Notes: generated by a model from the letters alone, not told the origin. Counted from the stretch's first letter, positions 45,287-57,332 are shown. The stretch: 64,000 nucleotides of DNA from Alphaproteobacteria bacterium (GCA_020025875.1 JAHHRI010000004.1:125-64124); one strand, 5' to 3'. Translations and numbers: made by a program.

Positions 45287-45811
45287 ATGCAAAAGAAACA
45301 TCCGTTGCAGGAAATGATAGAACCGCTCGTCAACGACATGGGTTTTGATCTGGTGCGCGTTATCACCATCGGCAATGTCAATCCCACATTGCAGATTATG
45401 ATCGAACGCAAGGATCGGGAGAACATTATCGTCGATGACTGCGCTGCCGTCAGCCGCGCCGTTTCGGCTTTGTTTGACGAAAAAGATCCCATTTCGGGGC
45501 GCTATACTTTGGAAGTGAGTTCGCCGGGGCTTGACCGCCCGCTGACCGCGCTTGAAAATTTTGTTCGGTTTGCCGGCTTCGAAGCCAAGATAGAAACCGA
45601 TTTGGAAATTGAAAAACGCAAGCGCTTCAAAGGGCGTATCGTGCGGGTGGACGAAAACGACGACATTGTTTTTGCAATGGACGGGGAGCAATACTTTATT
45701 CCCTATGACGCCATTACCAAAGCCAAATTGCTTTTAACCGACGAACTGCTGGCTGCCGCAGCGGCAGAAAGCGGCGAGGAAAGTGAAGAAGAAACCGAAA
45801 TTGAAGAATAA
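45287..45811 (+). CDS. rimP: ribosome maturation factor RimP
   Basis: 174 aa with ..G..LV.V... and ..YTLEVSSPGLDRPL... Immediately upstream of nusA. Confidence 0.92.
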   Translation: MQKKHPLQEMIEPLVNDMGFDLVRVITIGNVNPTLQIMIERKDRENIIVDDCAAVSRAVSALFDEKDPISGRYTLEVSSPGLDRPLTALENFVRFAGFEAKIETDLEIEKRKRFKGRIVRVDENDDIVFAMDGEQYFIPYDAITKAKLLLTDELLAAAAAESGEESEEETEIEE

Positions 45812-45835
45812 AACTAAATTTTAACGAGGGAAAAA

Positions 45836-47371
45836 ATGCCAAATATCGAAAATATGCCGAGACCTGAAATTATTCTGGTTGCCGACACCGTTGCCCGCGA
45901 AAAGAATATTGACAAAGAAGACGTTTTTGTCGCCATGGAAGTTGCCATCCAGAAAGCCGCCCGTTCCCGCTACGGTTTTGAACACGACATTCGTGCGCAA
46001 ATTGATCGCAAGACGGGAGCCATTACGTTGGAGCGCTATCGGGAAGTGGTCGAAGAAATAGAAAACGAAGTGACACAGTTGACGGTCGAAGATGCCAAGG
46101 CCTATAAAGAAGACGCCGTTGTCGGCGATTTTATCATTGACACCTTGCCGCCGATTGATTTCGGACGAGTGGCAGCCCAAACCGCCAAGCAAGTGATTGT
46201 GCAAAAAGTGCGTGATGCCGAGCGTAACCGCCAATATGAAGAATATAAGGAAAAAATGGGTACAATTGTTAACGGTACCGTTAAGCGGATCGAGTTTGGC
46301 AATGTTGTGCTGGATATCGGCAAGACCGAGGCGGTGCTGCGCCGTGACGAAATTATTCCGCGGGAAAAATTTAAAAACGGCGATCGTATTCGCGCCTATG
46401 TGCTTGATGTTCGCCGCGAAGCCAAAGGCCCGCAGATTTTCCTTTCCCGCACTTGTCCGGAATTTTTGGCAGCCCTGTTTACGCAGGAAGTTCCTGAAAT
46501 TTATGACGGTATTGTCAAAATTATGGGCGTTGCCCGTGATCCGGGGTCTAAAGCCAAGTTGACGGTCAAAGCAGAAGATGTTACCATTGATCCGGTCGGC
46601 GCCTGTGTCGGGTTGCGCGGTATTCGCGTACAAGCCGTGGTTGCCGAATTGCAAGGCGAAAAAATTGACATCATTCCCTATTCCGAAGACCGCGCTCAGT
46701 ATATCGTCAGTGCTTTAGCGCCCGCAGAAGTGAGCAAGGTGGTGATTGACGAAGACAACAACCGCATTGAGGCCGTTGTGCCGAAAGAACAGTTTTCGAT
46801 TGCCATCGGTCGCCGCGGACAAAATGTTAAATTGGCATCTCAGCTTTTGAACTGTGATATTGACGTTTTGACCGAAGAACAGGAAGCCGAGCGTCGCTCA
46901 AACGAAAACAAAGTGCGTTCGCAACGCTTTATGGAAGCTCTTGATGTTGACGAAATGATTGCCCATCTGCTGATTGCCGAAGGTTTTTCAACGGTTGACG
47001 AAGTGGCTCTGGTGGCGCTGCACGAACTGGCGGAGATTGAAGGCTTTGACGAAGATATTGCCGGCGAACTGCAAAACCGCGCCAAAGAGTTTATTGCCAA
47101 GCGCGATGCCGAGTTTGCCGAAAAGAGCAAAACTTTGGGGATTGACGATACTCTCAAAACAGTAACCGGACTTGACCAAGAAATGATTTTGACATTGGCG
47201 GAAGACGGCATCAAGACATTGGACGATCTGGCGGATCTTGCGGCAGACGAGCTGATAGAGATTCTTGGTGAAAACACGTTGTCGCAAACAGAAGCCAACA
47301 AAGTGATCATGGCTGCGCGGGAGCATTGGTTTGAAAACGAAGGACAAGAAGACGGGGATGAAAAGCAATAG
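45836..47371 (+). CDS. nusA: transcription termination/antitermination factor NusA
   Basis: 511 aa with S1 and KH domains (..VG.CVG.RG.RVQAV..EL.GEKIDI.., ..AIGRRGQNV.LAS.L) and C-terminal acidic repeats. Confidence 0.96.
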   Translation: MPNIENMPRPEIILVADTVAREKNIDKEDVFVAMEVAIQKAARSRYGFEHDIRAQIDRKTGAITLERYREVVEEIENEVTQLTVEDAKAYKEDAVVGDFIIDTLPPIDFGRVAAQTAKQVIVQKVRDAERNRQYEEYKEKMGTIVNGTVKRIEFGNVVLDIGKTEAVLRRDEIIPREKFKNGDRIRAYVLDVRREAKGPQIFLSRTCPEFLAALFTQEVPEIYDGIVKIMGVARDPGSKAKLTVKAEDVTIDPVGACVGLRGIRVQAVVAELQGEKIDIIPYSEDRAQYIVSALAPAEVSKVVIDEDNNRIEAVVPKEQFSIAIGRRGQNVKLASQLLNCDIDVLTEEQEAERRSNENKVRSQRFMEALDVDEMIAHLLIAEGFSTVDEVALVALHELAEIEGFDEDIAGELQNRAKEFIAKRDAEFAEKSKTLGIDDTLKTVTGLDQEMILTLAEDGIKTLDDLADLAADELIEILGENTLSQTEANKVIMAAREHWFENEGQEDGDEKQ

Positions 47372-47924
47372 TCAAAACCGTACTTGTTTGGTTACGGGGG
47401 AGGAAAAAAACAAAGAGGAGCTGTTGCGCTTCTGCCTCACCCCTGACCATCAGGTGATACCCGATTTTAAAAAGAAACTGCCGGGGAAAGGCTTTTATCT
47501 GACCAACTCCCGCGCTGTTTTGGAACAGGCCATAAAGAAAAACGTGTTCAAAAAAATCGGCAAAAATACCCAAATTGATCCGAACTTTGGGGAAATTGTC
47601 GAAAATATCTTGAAAAATCGGGCACTTGAGGCTATAAATCTGGCGAAGAAAGCCGGCGCACTGATTACCGGATTTGAAAAAGTTCGGGAAAATCTGCACA
47701 AAGGTCGGGTTGCCTTTATCGTCGAAGCCATCGACGCCGGCAGTGACGGCCATGCAAAAATCAGAGCCGCCGCCGGAAATACGGAAATTTTGACATTGTT
47801 TGAAGTTGAGGAGTTGGACAAGGCATTAAACAGAACAAACACGGTACACGCCGCCGTGCTGAAAGGCGGGATGGCGGAAATGGTCCGCAGCCAGTTACGG
47901 AAATGGCAGAATTTCAATTCCTAA
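47358..47924 (+). CDS. YlxR (DUF448)-like RNA-binding protein fused to an L7Ae/YlxQ-like domain
   Basis: Contains ..RTCLVTGEEK.KEELLRF... and ..PGKGFYL.. (DUF448), then ..A.KAGALITGFEKV......G.VAF.VEA.D... ATG 47358 is chosen (47331 is possible). Located between nusA and infB. Confidence 0.8.
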   Translation: MKSNSQNRTCLVTGEEKNKEELLRFCLTPDHQVIPDFKKKLPGKGFYLTNSRAVLEQAIKKNVFKKIGKNTQIDPNFGEIVENILKNRALEAINLAKKAGALITGFEKVRENLHKGRVAFIVEAIDAGSDGHAKIRAAAGNTEILTLFEVEELDKALNRTNTVHAAVLKGGMAEMVRSQLRKWQNFNS

Positions 47925-47952
47925 AAAATGATAAAACGGAGAAAAATTAAGT

Positions 47953-50436
47953 ATGACAGAAGATAATGCAAAATCAAAGTTAACATTATCGGGGAAAAAG
48001 ACGCTCACCCTTAAAAACCTGAGCGACGTCAGATCCGCCGGTGACGGTAAGAAAGTGGTGCAGGTTGAAGTGCGCAGAAAAAGAGTGATCAACCCGACGG
48101 CTTCCGTAGCCAAAAAAGTTAAAATCGACGAAGCGACTGCCGCCAAGCTCAAGCTGATTGCCGAAGGTAAAGAACACGAAGCGCGCCGCCAGCATGAAGA
48201 GGAGGAAAAAGCAGCTCTCCGACAAATGCAGAAAGAGGAAGAAGCCCGCTTACTCAAAGAGCAAGAAGAAATGAAACGCCGCGAAGAAGAACGTTTGGAG
48301 CGGGAAAAGGCGGAAAAAGCCCGACAGGCACAAGAAAAAGCCCGTCCGGAAAAAGCGGAAGACGAACGCGATTTCAAAAACAAAGAAAAAGACCGTCGGG
48401 GCAAAGATTTTGACGATGAGGACGAGGACGACGACCACGTCAAAAGAAGCCGTCCGGCAGCGGAAAAAGGCAAAAGCAAGGAGGAAGTCTTTGAGCAAGA
48501 ACGCAAAAAGATTACCAAACGTAGTTTTGAACCGCAGCGTCGCAACCCGAAAGTAAACATCCACACCTTCGGCAGCAGCGACGATGATGAAGAAGATTAT
48601 GGCTATGCCGCTCCTCGTCGCCGTTTTAAGAAAAAACAGCCCAAACCGGCACCGGTTATTCAACCGCAGGAAAAAATCATAAAAGAAGTGATTATTCCGG
48701 AGGTGATTACCGTTCAGGAATTGGCCGGACGAATGGCGGAAAAAGGTGCGGAAGTTATCAAAAAGCTCATGTCGTTGGGGGTTATGGCAACCATCAACCA
48801 GCCGATTGATGCCGATACGGCACAGATTATTGTTGAAGAAATGGGGCATAAATGGAAACGGGTTGCCGACAGCGATGTCGAGATTGTTTTAAATGATGCG
48901 GAAAGCAAGCCCGAAAATATGTGTGCCCGCGCGCCGGTGGTTACGGTTATGGGACACGTTGACCACGGCAAGACCTCCCTTTTGGACGCCTTGCGTGAAA
49001 CCAATGTCGCCGCAAAGGAAGCCGGTGGCATTACGCAACATATCGGTGCTTATCAGATCACTCTCGGCGACGGACAAAAAATTACTTTTATTGATACGCC
49101 CGGACACGAAGCCTTTTCAGAAATGCGCGCTCGCGGCGCCAAAGTCACGGATATTGTGGTGTTGGTTGTTGCCGCCAACGACGGTATTATGCCGCAAACG
49201 GTGGAAGCTATCCGCCATGCGCAGGCGGCAGAAGTTCCGATTGTCGTTGCCATCAACAAAATAGATTTGCCCGGTGCCGATCCGCTGAAAGTTAAAACGG
49301 CATTGCTGCAGCACGGTATTGCGGTGGAGGAAATGGGCGGCGAGTGTCTATGCGCCGAAGTTTCCGCCAAAAAGCGGATGAATATCGACAAACTGGTGGA
49401 AGCCATCTTGCTGCAGGCGGAAATTCTTGATCTTAAAGCCGATCCGACCTGCAAAGCCAGCGGTACCGTTATTGAAGCCAAAATGGAAAAAGGGCGCGGT
49501 TCGGTTGCCACGTTGTTGGTGCAGAAAGGTACTTTGAAAATCGGCGACATTATTATTGCCGGAAAGGAATGGGGACACGTTCGCGCCATGTTTAACGAAC
49601 ATGGTCACAAGATTTTTGAAGCCGGTCCCGCTGCGCCGGTTGAAGTTCTCGGCTTGCAGGGAACACCTGCCGCCGGCGACAACTTTAACATGGTGGAAAG
49701 CGAATCCCAAGCCAAGGAAATCACCAACTACCGCATTCAGAAAGAACGTGATGCCAAGTTGGTCAAGAGTGCCAAATCGGCGATGGAACAAATGCTCGAC
49801 AAAATTAAATCGGGAGAATCTAAATATCTGCCGGTTATTATCAAGGCTGATGTTCAGGGGTCTATCGAGGCTATTGAAGGTACTTTGAATAAGCTGTCAA
49901 ATGACGAAGTCAGCGTTCAGATTTTGCACTCGGCAGTCGGTCCGATTTCAGAATCCGACATCACGCTGGCGAAAGCCTCCAACGCGCTGATTATCGGCTT
50001 TAATGTTCGGGCCATTCCTCAGGCACGTGACATGGCTCGTCGGGACGGGGTGGATATTCGTTATTATTCCATCATTTATGATGTGGCAGATGACGTCAAA
50101 AAAGGCTTGGAAGGTTTGCTCTCGCCCGAATTGCGGGAAAAACTTCTCGGCTACGCGGAAATTCGCAATGTATTCAACATCACCGGCGTTGGCAAAGTGG
50201 CTGGCTGCATGGTCACTGAAGGTATTGTCAAACGGGGAGCCAAAGTTCGCTTGCTGCGTGACAATGTGGTTATCCATGACGGCAGCCTCGGTCAGCTTAA
50301 ACGCTTTAAGGACGATGTTAAGGAAGTTAAAGACGGTTATGAATGCGGTATGAGTTTTGAAAACTACAACGACATTCAGGTCGGTGACTTTATTGAATGT
50401 TACGAAATAGAAACCATTGCCGCCAAATTGGCGTAA
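47953..50436 (+). CDS. infB: translation initiation factor IF-2
   Basis: 827 aa. E/K/R-rich N-terminal region. GTPase with ..[20 protein letters not shown].., DTPGHEAF and NKID. Confidence 0.97.
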   Translation: MTEDNAKSKLTLSGKKTLTLKNLSDVRSAGDGKKVVQVEVRRKRVINPTASVAKKVKIDEATAAKLKLIAEGKEHEARRQHEEEEKAALRQMQKEEEARLLKEQEEMKRREEERLEREKAEKARQAQEKARPEKAEDERDFKNKEKDRRGKDFDDEDEDDDHVKRSRPAAEKGKSKEEVFEQERKKITKRSFEPQRRNPKVNIHTFGSSDDDEEDYGYAAPRRRFKKKQPKPAPVIQPQEKIIKEVIIPEVITVQELAGRMAEKGAEVIKKLMSLGVMATINQPIDADTAQIIVEEMGHKWKRVADSDVEIVLNDAESKPENMCARAPVVTVMGHVDHGKTSLLDALRETNVAAKEAGGITQHIGAYQITLGDGQKITFIDTPGHEAFSEMRARGAKVTDIVVLVVAANDGIMPQTVEAIRHAQAAEVPIVVAINKIDLPGADPLKVKTALLQHGIAVEEMGGECLCAEVSAKKRMNIDKLVEAILLQAEILDLKADPTCKASGTVIEAKMEKGRGSVATLLVQKGTLKIGDIIIAGKEWGHVRAMFNEHGHKIFEAGPAAPVEVLGLQGTPAAGDNFNMVESESQAKEITNYRIQKERDAKLVKSAKSAMEQMLDKIKSGESKYLPVIIKADVQGSIEAIEGTLNKLSNDEVSVQILHSAVGPISESDITLAKASNALIIGFNVRAIPQARDMARRDGVDIRYYSIIYDVADDVKKGLEGLLSPELREKLLGYAEIRNVFNITGVGKVAGCMVTEGIVKRGAKVRLLRDNVVIHDGSLGQLKRFKDDVKEVKDGYECGMSFENYNDIQVGDFIECYEIETIAAKLA

Positions 50437-50517
50437 ACAATTAACCTTGAAACAGATCGGAAATCCGGTGCCGCCGGTCTTTCGGTCTGTTTCGCATCAA
50501 AAAAAGAGGAATCAGAG

Positions 50518-50898
50518 ATGGCTATCAAAGAACAGTCGCAGCGACAGCTCCGCGTCGGGCAAGAAATTAAAAGAATTATCGCTGCCGAGATCAATCAGGG
50601 GAGAATCCGCAATTTGGAAGGAATCGGCGCATTGGTCACTATCATGGAGGCGCAAGTTTCGCCGGATTTGAAATATGCCGATGTTTACTTTATCACTTCC
50701 GATTCTGAAGCGGACAAGGAAGTGCTTGAGGGGTTGCAGTTGGCGTCTAACCATTTCCGCAAAGTTGTCGCTTCTAAAACGGCGTTGCGCTATGTGCCGG
50801 AAATTCGTTTTAAAATTGATGATAGTTTTGCCGAAGCGGACAAAATAGAAAAGCTGCTTCACGATCCGAAAGTGACACGTGATTTAAGCGAAAATTAA
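50518..50898 (+). CDS. rbfA: ribosome-binding factor A
   Basis: 126 aa with ..QRQLRVGQEI.R.I.. and ..LRYVPE..F..D... Confidence 0.92.
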   Translation: MAIKEQSQRQLRVGQEIKRIIAAEINQGRIRNLEGIGALVTIMEAQVSPDLKYADVYFITSDSEADKEVLEGLQLASNHFRKVVASKTALRYVPEIRFKIDDSFAEADKIEKLLHDPKVTRDLSEN

Positions 50899-50974
50899 AC
50901 CCATTCCCCTCGATATTGCAGGGGAATTTTTACACTCTGCGGAAACTTTTTGTCTGCCGCCAAGGAGAAAAACG

Positions 50975-51919
50975 ATGAAACATCGCAAAGGCGCTCCCGT
51001 TAACGGGTGGTTGGTGATTGACAAGCCGGAGGGCATGGGCTCGACCACCGTTGTCAATCTGACCCGCCGTTTGCTTAATGCCCAAAAAAACGGACATACC
51101 GGCACGCTGGATCCTTTTGCCAGCGGTATTTTGCCTATTGCTTTCGGCGAAACAACCAAACTGATCGATTTTCTCGGTGACGAAACCAAAGAATATGAAT
51201 TTACCATTCAATGGGGAGCGGAAACCGACAGCGCCGACAGCGACGGGGTGGTTGTTGCCACCAACGAGAAGGTGCCCACGGACGAAGAAATTCAAGCCGT
51301 CTTGCCGTCCTTTTGCGGTCAAATCATGCAAGTGCCACCTGCCTTTTCTGCCATCAAAATCAATGGACGTCGTGCCTATGAACTGGCGAGAAAGGGAGAA
51401 AAAGTTAATATGCCCGAACGCCAAGTCAGCATTTTCAGTCTGGAATTTTTGGGGAGTGAAGCCGGCGGACGCAGCCGTTTTAAGGTCTGTTGCTCTAAAG
51501 GCACATATGTGCGCAGCCTTGGTCGCGATATGGCTCGCAGCCTCGGTACTTTGGGGCATCTTTGCCGCCTGCGCCGCACACGTTCGGGAATTTTTGACCA
51601 ATCCGCAAAAATTTTGCTGGAAACATTGCAAAATGTAGTGTATATTGACGAACGTCAACAATTTTTGCTTCCGTCAGAAACCTCTCTGCGCGACATCGCG
51701 GTTATGGCTGTTTCGGAAGCGGAAGCCGCCAAACTCCTCCACGGACAGGCGTTGTCGCCTAAGTTGCGGGAAATATCTTTTTCCGCCGGACAGACGGTTG
51801 CCGCCGTTTGTAAAGGGGAGCTGGTGGCAATGGTGCGGATTGAAGAAAACAGAATTTCTCCGGTTCGCGTATTTAATTTTAACCAGAAAAAAAGGGAAAA
51901 TAAAGATGTCGATCAGTAA
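50975..51919 (+). CDS. truB: tRNA pseudouridine(55) synthase
   Basis: 314 aa with ..[12 protein letters not shown]......R......K.GH.GTLDP.A.G.LPI..G..TK... Confidence 0.94.
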   Translation: MKHRKGAPVNGWLVIDKPEGMGSTTVVNLTRRLLNAQKNGHTGTLDPFASGILPIAFGETTKLIDFLGDETKEYEFTIQWGAETDSADSDGVVVATNEKVPTDEEIQAVLPSFCGQIMQVPPAFSAIKINGRRAYELARKGEKVNMPERQVSIFSLEFLGSEAGGRSRFKVCCSKGTYVRSLGRDMARSLGTLGHLCRLRRTRSGIFDQSAKILLETLQNVVYIDERQQFLLPSETSLRDIAVMAVSEAEAAKLLHGQALSPKLREISFSAGQTVAAVCKGELVAMVRIEENRISPVRVFNFNQKKRENKDVDQ

Positions 51920-52175
51920 AGAAGTTAAGAACGAATTGGCTCAAACTTACGGTTTGGCGGAAGGTGATACAGGTTCGCCGGAAGTTCAGATTGCAATCTG
52001 GACAACCCGCATCAATAACCTGATTGAGCACTTCAACGTTCACCACAAAGATCTGCACTCTCGTCTGGGCTTGATGAAGATGGTCAGCAAACGCCGCCAC
52101 CTTCTCGACTATTTGAAGAAAAAAGACGAAACGCGGTATCAGGAAATCATTAAAAAGCTTAACATTCGTCGTTAA
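51906..52175 (+). CDS. rpsO: 30S ribosomal protein S15
   Basis: 89 aa from ATG 51906, starting [11 protein letters not shown]......GDTGS.EVQIA..T.RIN.L.EHF..H.KD.HSR.GL. Overlaps the truB end by 14 nt. Confidence 0.95.
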   Translation: MSISKEVKNELAQTYGLAEGDTGSPEVQIAIWTTRINNLIEHFNVHHKDLHSRLGLMKMVSKRRHLLDYLKKKDETRYQEIIKKLNIRR

Positions 52176-52183
52176 GGTTTTGC

Positions 52184-52226
52184 AAGTATTGCGGAGCATT
52201 AAACAAGTTCCGCAATACTTTTATTA
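52184..52226 (+). terminator. rpsO-pnp intercistronic stem-loop (terminator/processing hairpin)
   Basis: 12-bp stem AAGTATTGCGGA/TCCGCAATACTT followed by TTTATT. Its position matches the known rpsO terminator / RNase III site upstream of pnp in E. coli. Confidence 0.6.
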
Positions 52227-52295
52227 AAATCCTGTCTGTTTTTTGACAGGTGATGTTTTATAAAAGATGTGAGACGAAAAGAAAGGTAAGATAAT

Positions 52296-54419
52296 ATGAA
52301 TAACTTAAAAGTATCCACCCGTGAAATGGAATGGGGCGGACGCAAGCTGGTCATTGAGACCGGCAAAGTCGCCAAGCAGGCGACCGGCTCGGTTGTTGTC
52401 ACTTATGGCGAAACCAAAGTGCTGGCCACCGTTTGTGCGGCCAAAGAGGCAAAAGCCGATCAGGACTTTTTCCCCTTAACCGTTAATTATCAGGAAAAAT
52501 ACTATGCTACCGGTAAAGTACCCGGTGGTTTCATGAAAAGAGAAGGCAAACCTTCCGAACAAGAGGTGCTGATCTCTCGCCTGATTGATCGCCCGATTCG
52601 CCCATTGTTCCCAGATGCTTTTAAGAATGAAGTGCAAATTATTTGTACCACGCTTTGCCACGATCAGAAAACCACCTCCGATGTGGTGGCCATGATTGCG
52701 GCTTCCGCCGCGTTGGCGGTTTCGGGCATTCCGTTCATGGGACCGATCGGTGCTGCCAAGGTAGGGTACAAAGATAATGCTTTTATCTTAAACCCGACGC
52801 TTGACGAACAAAAAGAATCTGAACTGGAGCTGACTGTTGCCGGTACCAAAGAAGGCGTGCTGATGGTAGAATCCGAAGCTAACGAACTTTCGGAAGAAAC
52901 CATGCTGAATGCCGTTATGTTCGGTTTTGACAGTTTTCAGCCGGTTATCGACATGATTTGCGATTTGGCCAAAGAGGCCGGCAAAGCTCCGTGGGAAGCT
53001 CCCGCATTTCCGAAAGAGTTTGACGAAATGTATGAGCGCATTGCCAAAGACTTCCGCGCTCGTTACGAAGAAGCTTTTACGGAAACCGACAAACTCGCCC
53101 GCGGTACTCTGGTGGGCAAGCTGGACGAAGAAGTTAAAGCCGGTATCGACTCCGAAAATGAAACAGAAAACAAATATCTGCTTGATGTTTTGGAAAAGTT
53201 AAAACATGTTGTCGTTCGCGAAAAAGTGCTTTCTACCGGTAAGCGCATTGACGGACGCGATACCAAAACCGTTCGCCCGATTTGGTGCGAAACCGACGTT
53301 TTGCCGACAGCCCACGGTTCTGCCGTCTTTACCCGCGGTGAAACTCAGGCGCTGGTTGTGACGACACTCGGCACAGGCGAAGATGCGCAGATTATCGACG
53401 GGTTGATGGCCGAGTACAAAGAAGACTTTATGCTCAACTACAATTTCCCGCCGTTTTCCGTGGGTGAATGCGGACGCATGGGCAGCCCCGGACGCCGCGA
53501 AATCGGTCACGGCAAATTGGCATGGCGCGCCATTCATCCGATGATGCCCAAAGATAAAGATGCTTTCCCCTATACCATTCGTGTCGTATCCGAAATTTTG
53601 GAATCTAACGGATCTTCCTCGATGGCTACGGTGTGCGGCACAACCATGTCGTTGATGGCTGCCGGTGTGCCGTTAAGCAAACCGGTTGCCGGTATTGCCA
53701 TGGGGCTGATTAAGGAAAACGACGGCAGAGTTGCCATCTTGACGGATATCTTGGGTGATGAAGATCATCTGGGCGATATGGACTTTAAGGTTGCCGGTAC
53801 CAAAGACGGTGTCACGGCGCTGCAAATGGATATTAAAATTACCTCCATTACCAAGGAAATTATGCAAAAGGCACTGGCTCAGGCACATGAAGGACGTATT
53901 CATATTCTCGGCGAAATGGCCAAAACCATTGCCGAACCGCGTCCCCATGTTGCAGAACACGCCCCCCGTATTATTGCCTTGAAGATCCCTGTTGACAAGA
54001 TCCGCGAAGTTATCGGTTCGGGCGGCAAGGTTATTCGTGAAATTACCGAAAAAACCAACTCCAAGATCGATATCAGCGATGATGGGGTAATCCGCATAGC
54101 CACTGTCAACAGTGTTGACGGACAGGCTGCTTTGGATTGGATTATGGGAATTATTGCCGAACCGGAAGAAGGTAAAATCTATAAAGGTGTGATCACTAAG
54201 ATTATGGATTTTGGTGCGTTTGTAAAATTTGTCGGTTCGACCGAAGGACTGGTTCATATTTCCGAAGTGAAAAATGAGCGGATTGCTTCCGTTTCTGATT
54301 TTTACAAAGAAGGTGATGCCATCTGGGTTAAATGTCTGGGAATGGACAACCGCGGCAAGTTCAAACTTTCTGCCAAACGGGTTAATCAGGAAACCGGCGA
54401 AGATTTGGAAAACAAATAA
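52296..54419 (+). CDS. pnp: polyribonucleotide nucleotidyltransferase (PNPase)
   Basis: 707 aa with two RNase PH domains, KH (..I.EVIG.GGK.IR.I.E..) and S1 (..G.V..I..FGAFV.F.G...GLVHISE.). Confidence 0.97.
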   Translation: MNNLKVSTREMEWGGRKLVIETGKVAKQATGSVVVTYGETKVLATVCAAKEAKADQDFFPLTVNYQEKYYATGKVPGGFMKREGKPSEQEVLISRLIDRPIRPLFPDAFKNEVQIICTTLCHDQKTTSDVVAMIAASAALAVSGIPFMGPIGAAKVGYKDNAFILNPTLDEQKESELELTVAGTKEGVLMVESEANELSEETMLNAVMFGFDSFQPVIDMICDLAKEAGKAPWEAPAFPKEFDEMYERIAKDFRARYEEAFTETDKLARGTLVGKLDEEVKAGIDSENETENKYLLDVLEKLKHVVVREKVLSTGKRIDGRDTKTVRPIWCETDVLPTAHGSAVFTRGETQALVVTTLGTGEDAQIIDGLMAEYKEDFMLNYNFPPFSVGECGRMGSPGRREIGHGKLAWRAIHPMMPKDKDAFPYTIRVVSEILESNGSSSMATVCGTTMSLMAAGVPLSKPVAGIAMGLIKENDGRVAILTDILGDEDHLGDMDFKVAGTKDGVTALQMDIKITSITKEIMQKALAQAHEGRIHILGEMAKTIAEPRPHVAEHAPRIIALKIPVDKIREVIGSGGKVIREITEKTNSKIDISDDGVIRIATVNSVDGQAALDWIMGIIAEPEEGKIYKGVITKIMDFGAFVKFVGSTEGLVHISEVKNERIASVSDFYKEGDAIWVKCLGMDNRGKFKLSAKRVNQETGEDLENK

Positions 54420-54440
54420 GTTTTTGCCGCTTTTTATGCA

Positions 54441-54468
54441 AAAGCCGCTCCGCAAGGGGCGGCTTTTT
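54441..54468 (+). terminator. intrinsic terminator after pnp
   Basis: 9-bp stem with a GCAA tetraloop (AGCCGCTCC-GCAA-GGGGCGGCT), then T5. Confidence 0.75.
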
Positions 54469-54810
54469 GTCGATTAATGAATAACGGAACAAAAGATTTT
54501 TTTAAAAAAAATAATGTGTTGTGCCGTTTTGTGGTTTTGGTTTTGCGGTGTGGAAGTTAAACGCTTGTTTGCCCCTAACGCCCCTTGTTAAAACGGCAAA
54601 ATGTCGGTGGGTGTCGTCGGCTTTTGGCGGCATCTTATTTTGGGGTTGTCGTGACCGCGAGCCTGCTTTAAAAATTCTGCCGCGGCGGCAACCCGCATAT
54701 AAAATGTTCAAGCGTGGAAAGGCGTTATTTGTGCTTGCAATAATAAAAGAGAAGTTATAGGCTGACTGCATTAAGTTGTTTAACCTAATTTAATCATAAG
54801 GAATAATACT

Positions 54811-57234
54811 ATGAAATTTTTAAAGAAGTGCAGCTTGTTTGCTCCGGCAATCATGTTGCTTTTGTGCCTTTTTGCCCAAACGGCACAAGCTTCCGAGATT
54901 GATTTAAAAATTCCGCTGCTTGATGTGGAATACAATTTTTGGGGCTATGCCGTTACCGGTTCGCAAATTTTGCTGTATGGTTTGATTATTTGTGCGCTGG
55001 GAATGGTTTTCGGCTTTTACGAATTTTGCAAAATCAAAAAGATGCCTGCTCACAAATCAATGCTGAACATGGCATCTTTAATTTATGAAACCTGCAAAAC
55101 CTATATGAAACAGCAGGCTGTTCTTTTGGTGATTTTAGAAGCTTTTATCGCCGTTTGCATCTTCTACTATTTCTTTTTCTTAAACCAAACCCCGCTGCCG
55201 ATGGTGATGAATATTTTGTTGTGGTCGGTGTTGGGTATTCTCGGTTCTTTTGCCGTTGCTTGGTTCGGTATGCGTATCAACACCTATGCCAACGCCCGCA
55301 CGGCCTTTGCCTCGCTTGAAGGAAAGGCGCTGCCCGTTATGAACTTGCCGCTCCGCTCTGGTATGTCGATCGGCGTTCTTTTGATTTGCGTTGAACTGGT
55401 GATGATGATTATCATCTTGCTGTTTATCCCGCGGGAAAATGCCGGCGCCTGTTTTATCGGTTTTGCCATCGGAGAATCTCTCGGGGCTTCGGCTTTGCGT
55501 ATTTGCGGCGGTATTTTTACCAAAATTGCCGATATCGGTGCCGATTTGATGAAAATTATTTTCAAAATTGACGAAGATGATGCCCGTAATCCGGGGGTGA
55601 TTGCCGACTGTACCGGTGACAATGCGGGAGATTCCGTAGGCCCGACTGCCGACGGTTTTGAAACCTATGGCGTTACCGGCGTTGCGCTCATCAGCTTTAT
55701 CGTTTTGGCTGCCGGTATGAATTATACCGATGGCGGTCAGCTGGCTTTGATGGCAGACGGTATTGATATTCAGGCGCGTCTGATTGTTTGGATCTTTACA
55801 ATGCGTTTGCTGATGATCGTCACCTCGATTGTTTCCTACATGATCAACAATCGCTTTTCAAAACTCCGTTTTGAAAACAAGCAGGATTTTGACTTTGAAG
55901 CACCGTTGACGTCACTTGTTTGGATCACTTCGTTGCTCTCGATTGCCGTTACTTTCGGCGTTTCCTACATCATGATCGGCAGCATGGGCGAGGACTTGTG
56001 GTGGAAACTGTCGGTTATTATCAGCTGCGGCACTTTGGCGGCGGCGCTGATTCCGGAATTTACCAAAATTTTCACTTCGTCAAAATCCAAACATGTGCAG
56101 GAAATTGTTGATGCCAGCCGTGAGGCCGGCGCTTCGCTCAATATCATTTCCGGTATTGTGGCGGGCAATTTCTCCGCTTTTTGGAAAGGGTTGGTTATCA
56201 TCGGATTGATGACAATAGCCTATTTTGCCGCTGCTAACGGGCTTGATGCCTACATGGTTTATCCGACGGTCTTTGCTTTTGGTCTGGTTGCTTTCGGTAT
56301 GCTCGGCATGGGGCCGGTCACCATTGCCGTTGACAGCTACGGACCGGTAACCGACAATGCCCAATCCGTTTTTGAACTTTCCCAAATTGAACAAATCAAA
56401 GGTATTGATCAGGAAATTGAAAAAGATTACGGATTTAAACCCGATTTTGAAACCGGTAAGGAGCTTTTGGAGAAAAACGATTCTGCCGGTAACACTTTCA
56501 AGGCAACAGCCAAACCGGTTTTGATCGGTACTGCGGTTATCGGTGCCACCACCATGATCTTTTCGATCATTTTGCTGTTAAATCTTGAGTTAAATCTGAT
56601 GAATCCGATGGTCTTTTTCGGGCTGCTTTTGGGTGGCGCCGTTATCTATTGGTTTTCGGGGGCTTCGATGCAGGCCGTTTCCACGGGAGCTTATCGTGCG
56701 GTTGCCTACATCAAAGAGCATATCAAGCTGGACACCAACCAAGCTGCTTCCATCGAAGATTCTAAAAAAGTGGTTCGGATCTGCACCATCTATGCGCAAA
56801 AAGGGATGTTTAACATCTTTATGGTCATCTTCTGCTTTACCATTGCGTTTGCGTGCTTCGATGCCAATCTGTTTGCCAGCTATCTGATTTCGATTGCCTC
56901 TTTTGGTCTTTTTCAAGCCCTTTATATGGCCAATGCCGGCGGCGCTTGGGACAATGCCAAAAAGGTGGTGGAAGTGGACTTGAAAGAAAAAGGGACGCCG
57001 CTGCACGATGCCGCGGTGGTTGGCGATACTGTCGGTGATCCATACAAAGATACCTCTTCGGTTGCCTTGAACCCGATTATTAAGTTTACGACTTTGTTCG
57101 GGCTTTTGGCTGTTGAAATGGCGGTTGCCGCTCCGCGTTGCTTGTCGCTGGGGCTTGGTGTCAGCTTTTTCCTGATCGGACTCATTTTTGTATGGCGTTC
57201 GTTCTACCGTATGCGTATCAGTTCGCAGAAATAA
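54811..57234 (+). CDS. hppA: membrane-bound pyrophosphate-energised ion pump (M-PPase), divergent long form
   Basis: 807 aa and polytopic. Contains ..KIADIGADLMK..DEDDARNPGVIADCTGDNAGDSVGPTADGFETYG.., ..AGNTFKATAKPVLIG.. and ..GGAWDNAKK..GDTVGDPYKDTSSVALNP... Has an N-terminal signal-like segment. Confidence 0.85.
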   Translation: MKFLKKCSLFAPAIMLLLCLFAQTAQASEIDLKIPLLDVEYNFWGYAVTGSQILLYGLIICALGMVFGFYEFCKIKKMPAHKSMLNMASLIYETCKTYMKQQAVLLVILEAFIAVCIFYYFFFLNQTPLPMVMNILLWSVLGILGSFAVAWFGMRINTYANARTAFASLEGKALPVMNLPLRSGMSIGVLLICVELVMMIIILLFIPRENAGACFIGFAIGESLGASALRICGGIFTKIADIGADLMKIIFKIDEDDARNPGVIADCTGDNAGDSVGPTADGFETYGVTGVALISFIVLAAGMNYTDGGQLALMADGIDIQARLIVWIFTMRLLMIVTSIVSYMINNRFSKLRFENKQDFDFEAPLTSLVWITSLLSIAVTFGVSYIMIGSMGEDLWWKLSVIISCGTLAAALIPEFTKIFTSSKSKHVQEIVDASREAGASLNIISGIVAGNFSAFWKGLVIIGLMTIAYFAAANGLDAYMVYPTVFAFGLVAFGMLGMGPVTIAVDSYGPVTDNAQSVFELSQIEQIKGIDQEIEKDYGFKPDFETGKELLEKNDSAGNTFKATAKPVLIGTAVIGATTMIFSIILLLNLELNLMNPMVFFGLLLGGAVIYWFSGASMQAVSTGAYRAVAYIKEHIKLDTNQAASIEDSKKVVRICTIYAQKGMFNIFMVIFCFTIAFACFDANLFASYLISIASFGLFQALYMANAGGAWDNAKKVVEVDLKEKGTPLHDAAVVGDTVGDPYKDTSSVALNPIIKFTTLFGLLAVEMAVAAPRCLSLGLGVSFFLIGLIFVWRSFYRMRISSQK

Positions 57235-57332
57235 GCCTCTTAAAACAGGTATGCCATAAAAATCCTCAAAATTGCTCACAATTTTGAGGATTTTATTGCA
57301 TATTCATTTTATATCTTATAGTATCGCCTAAA

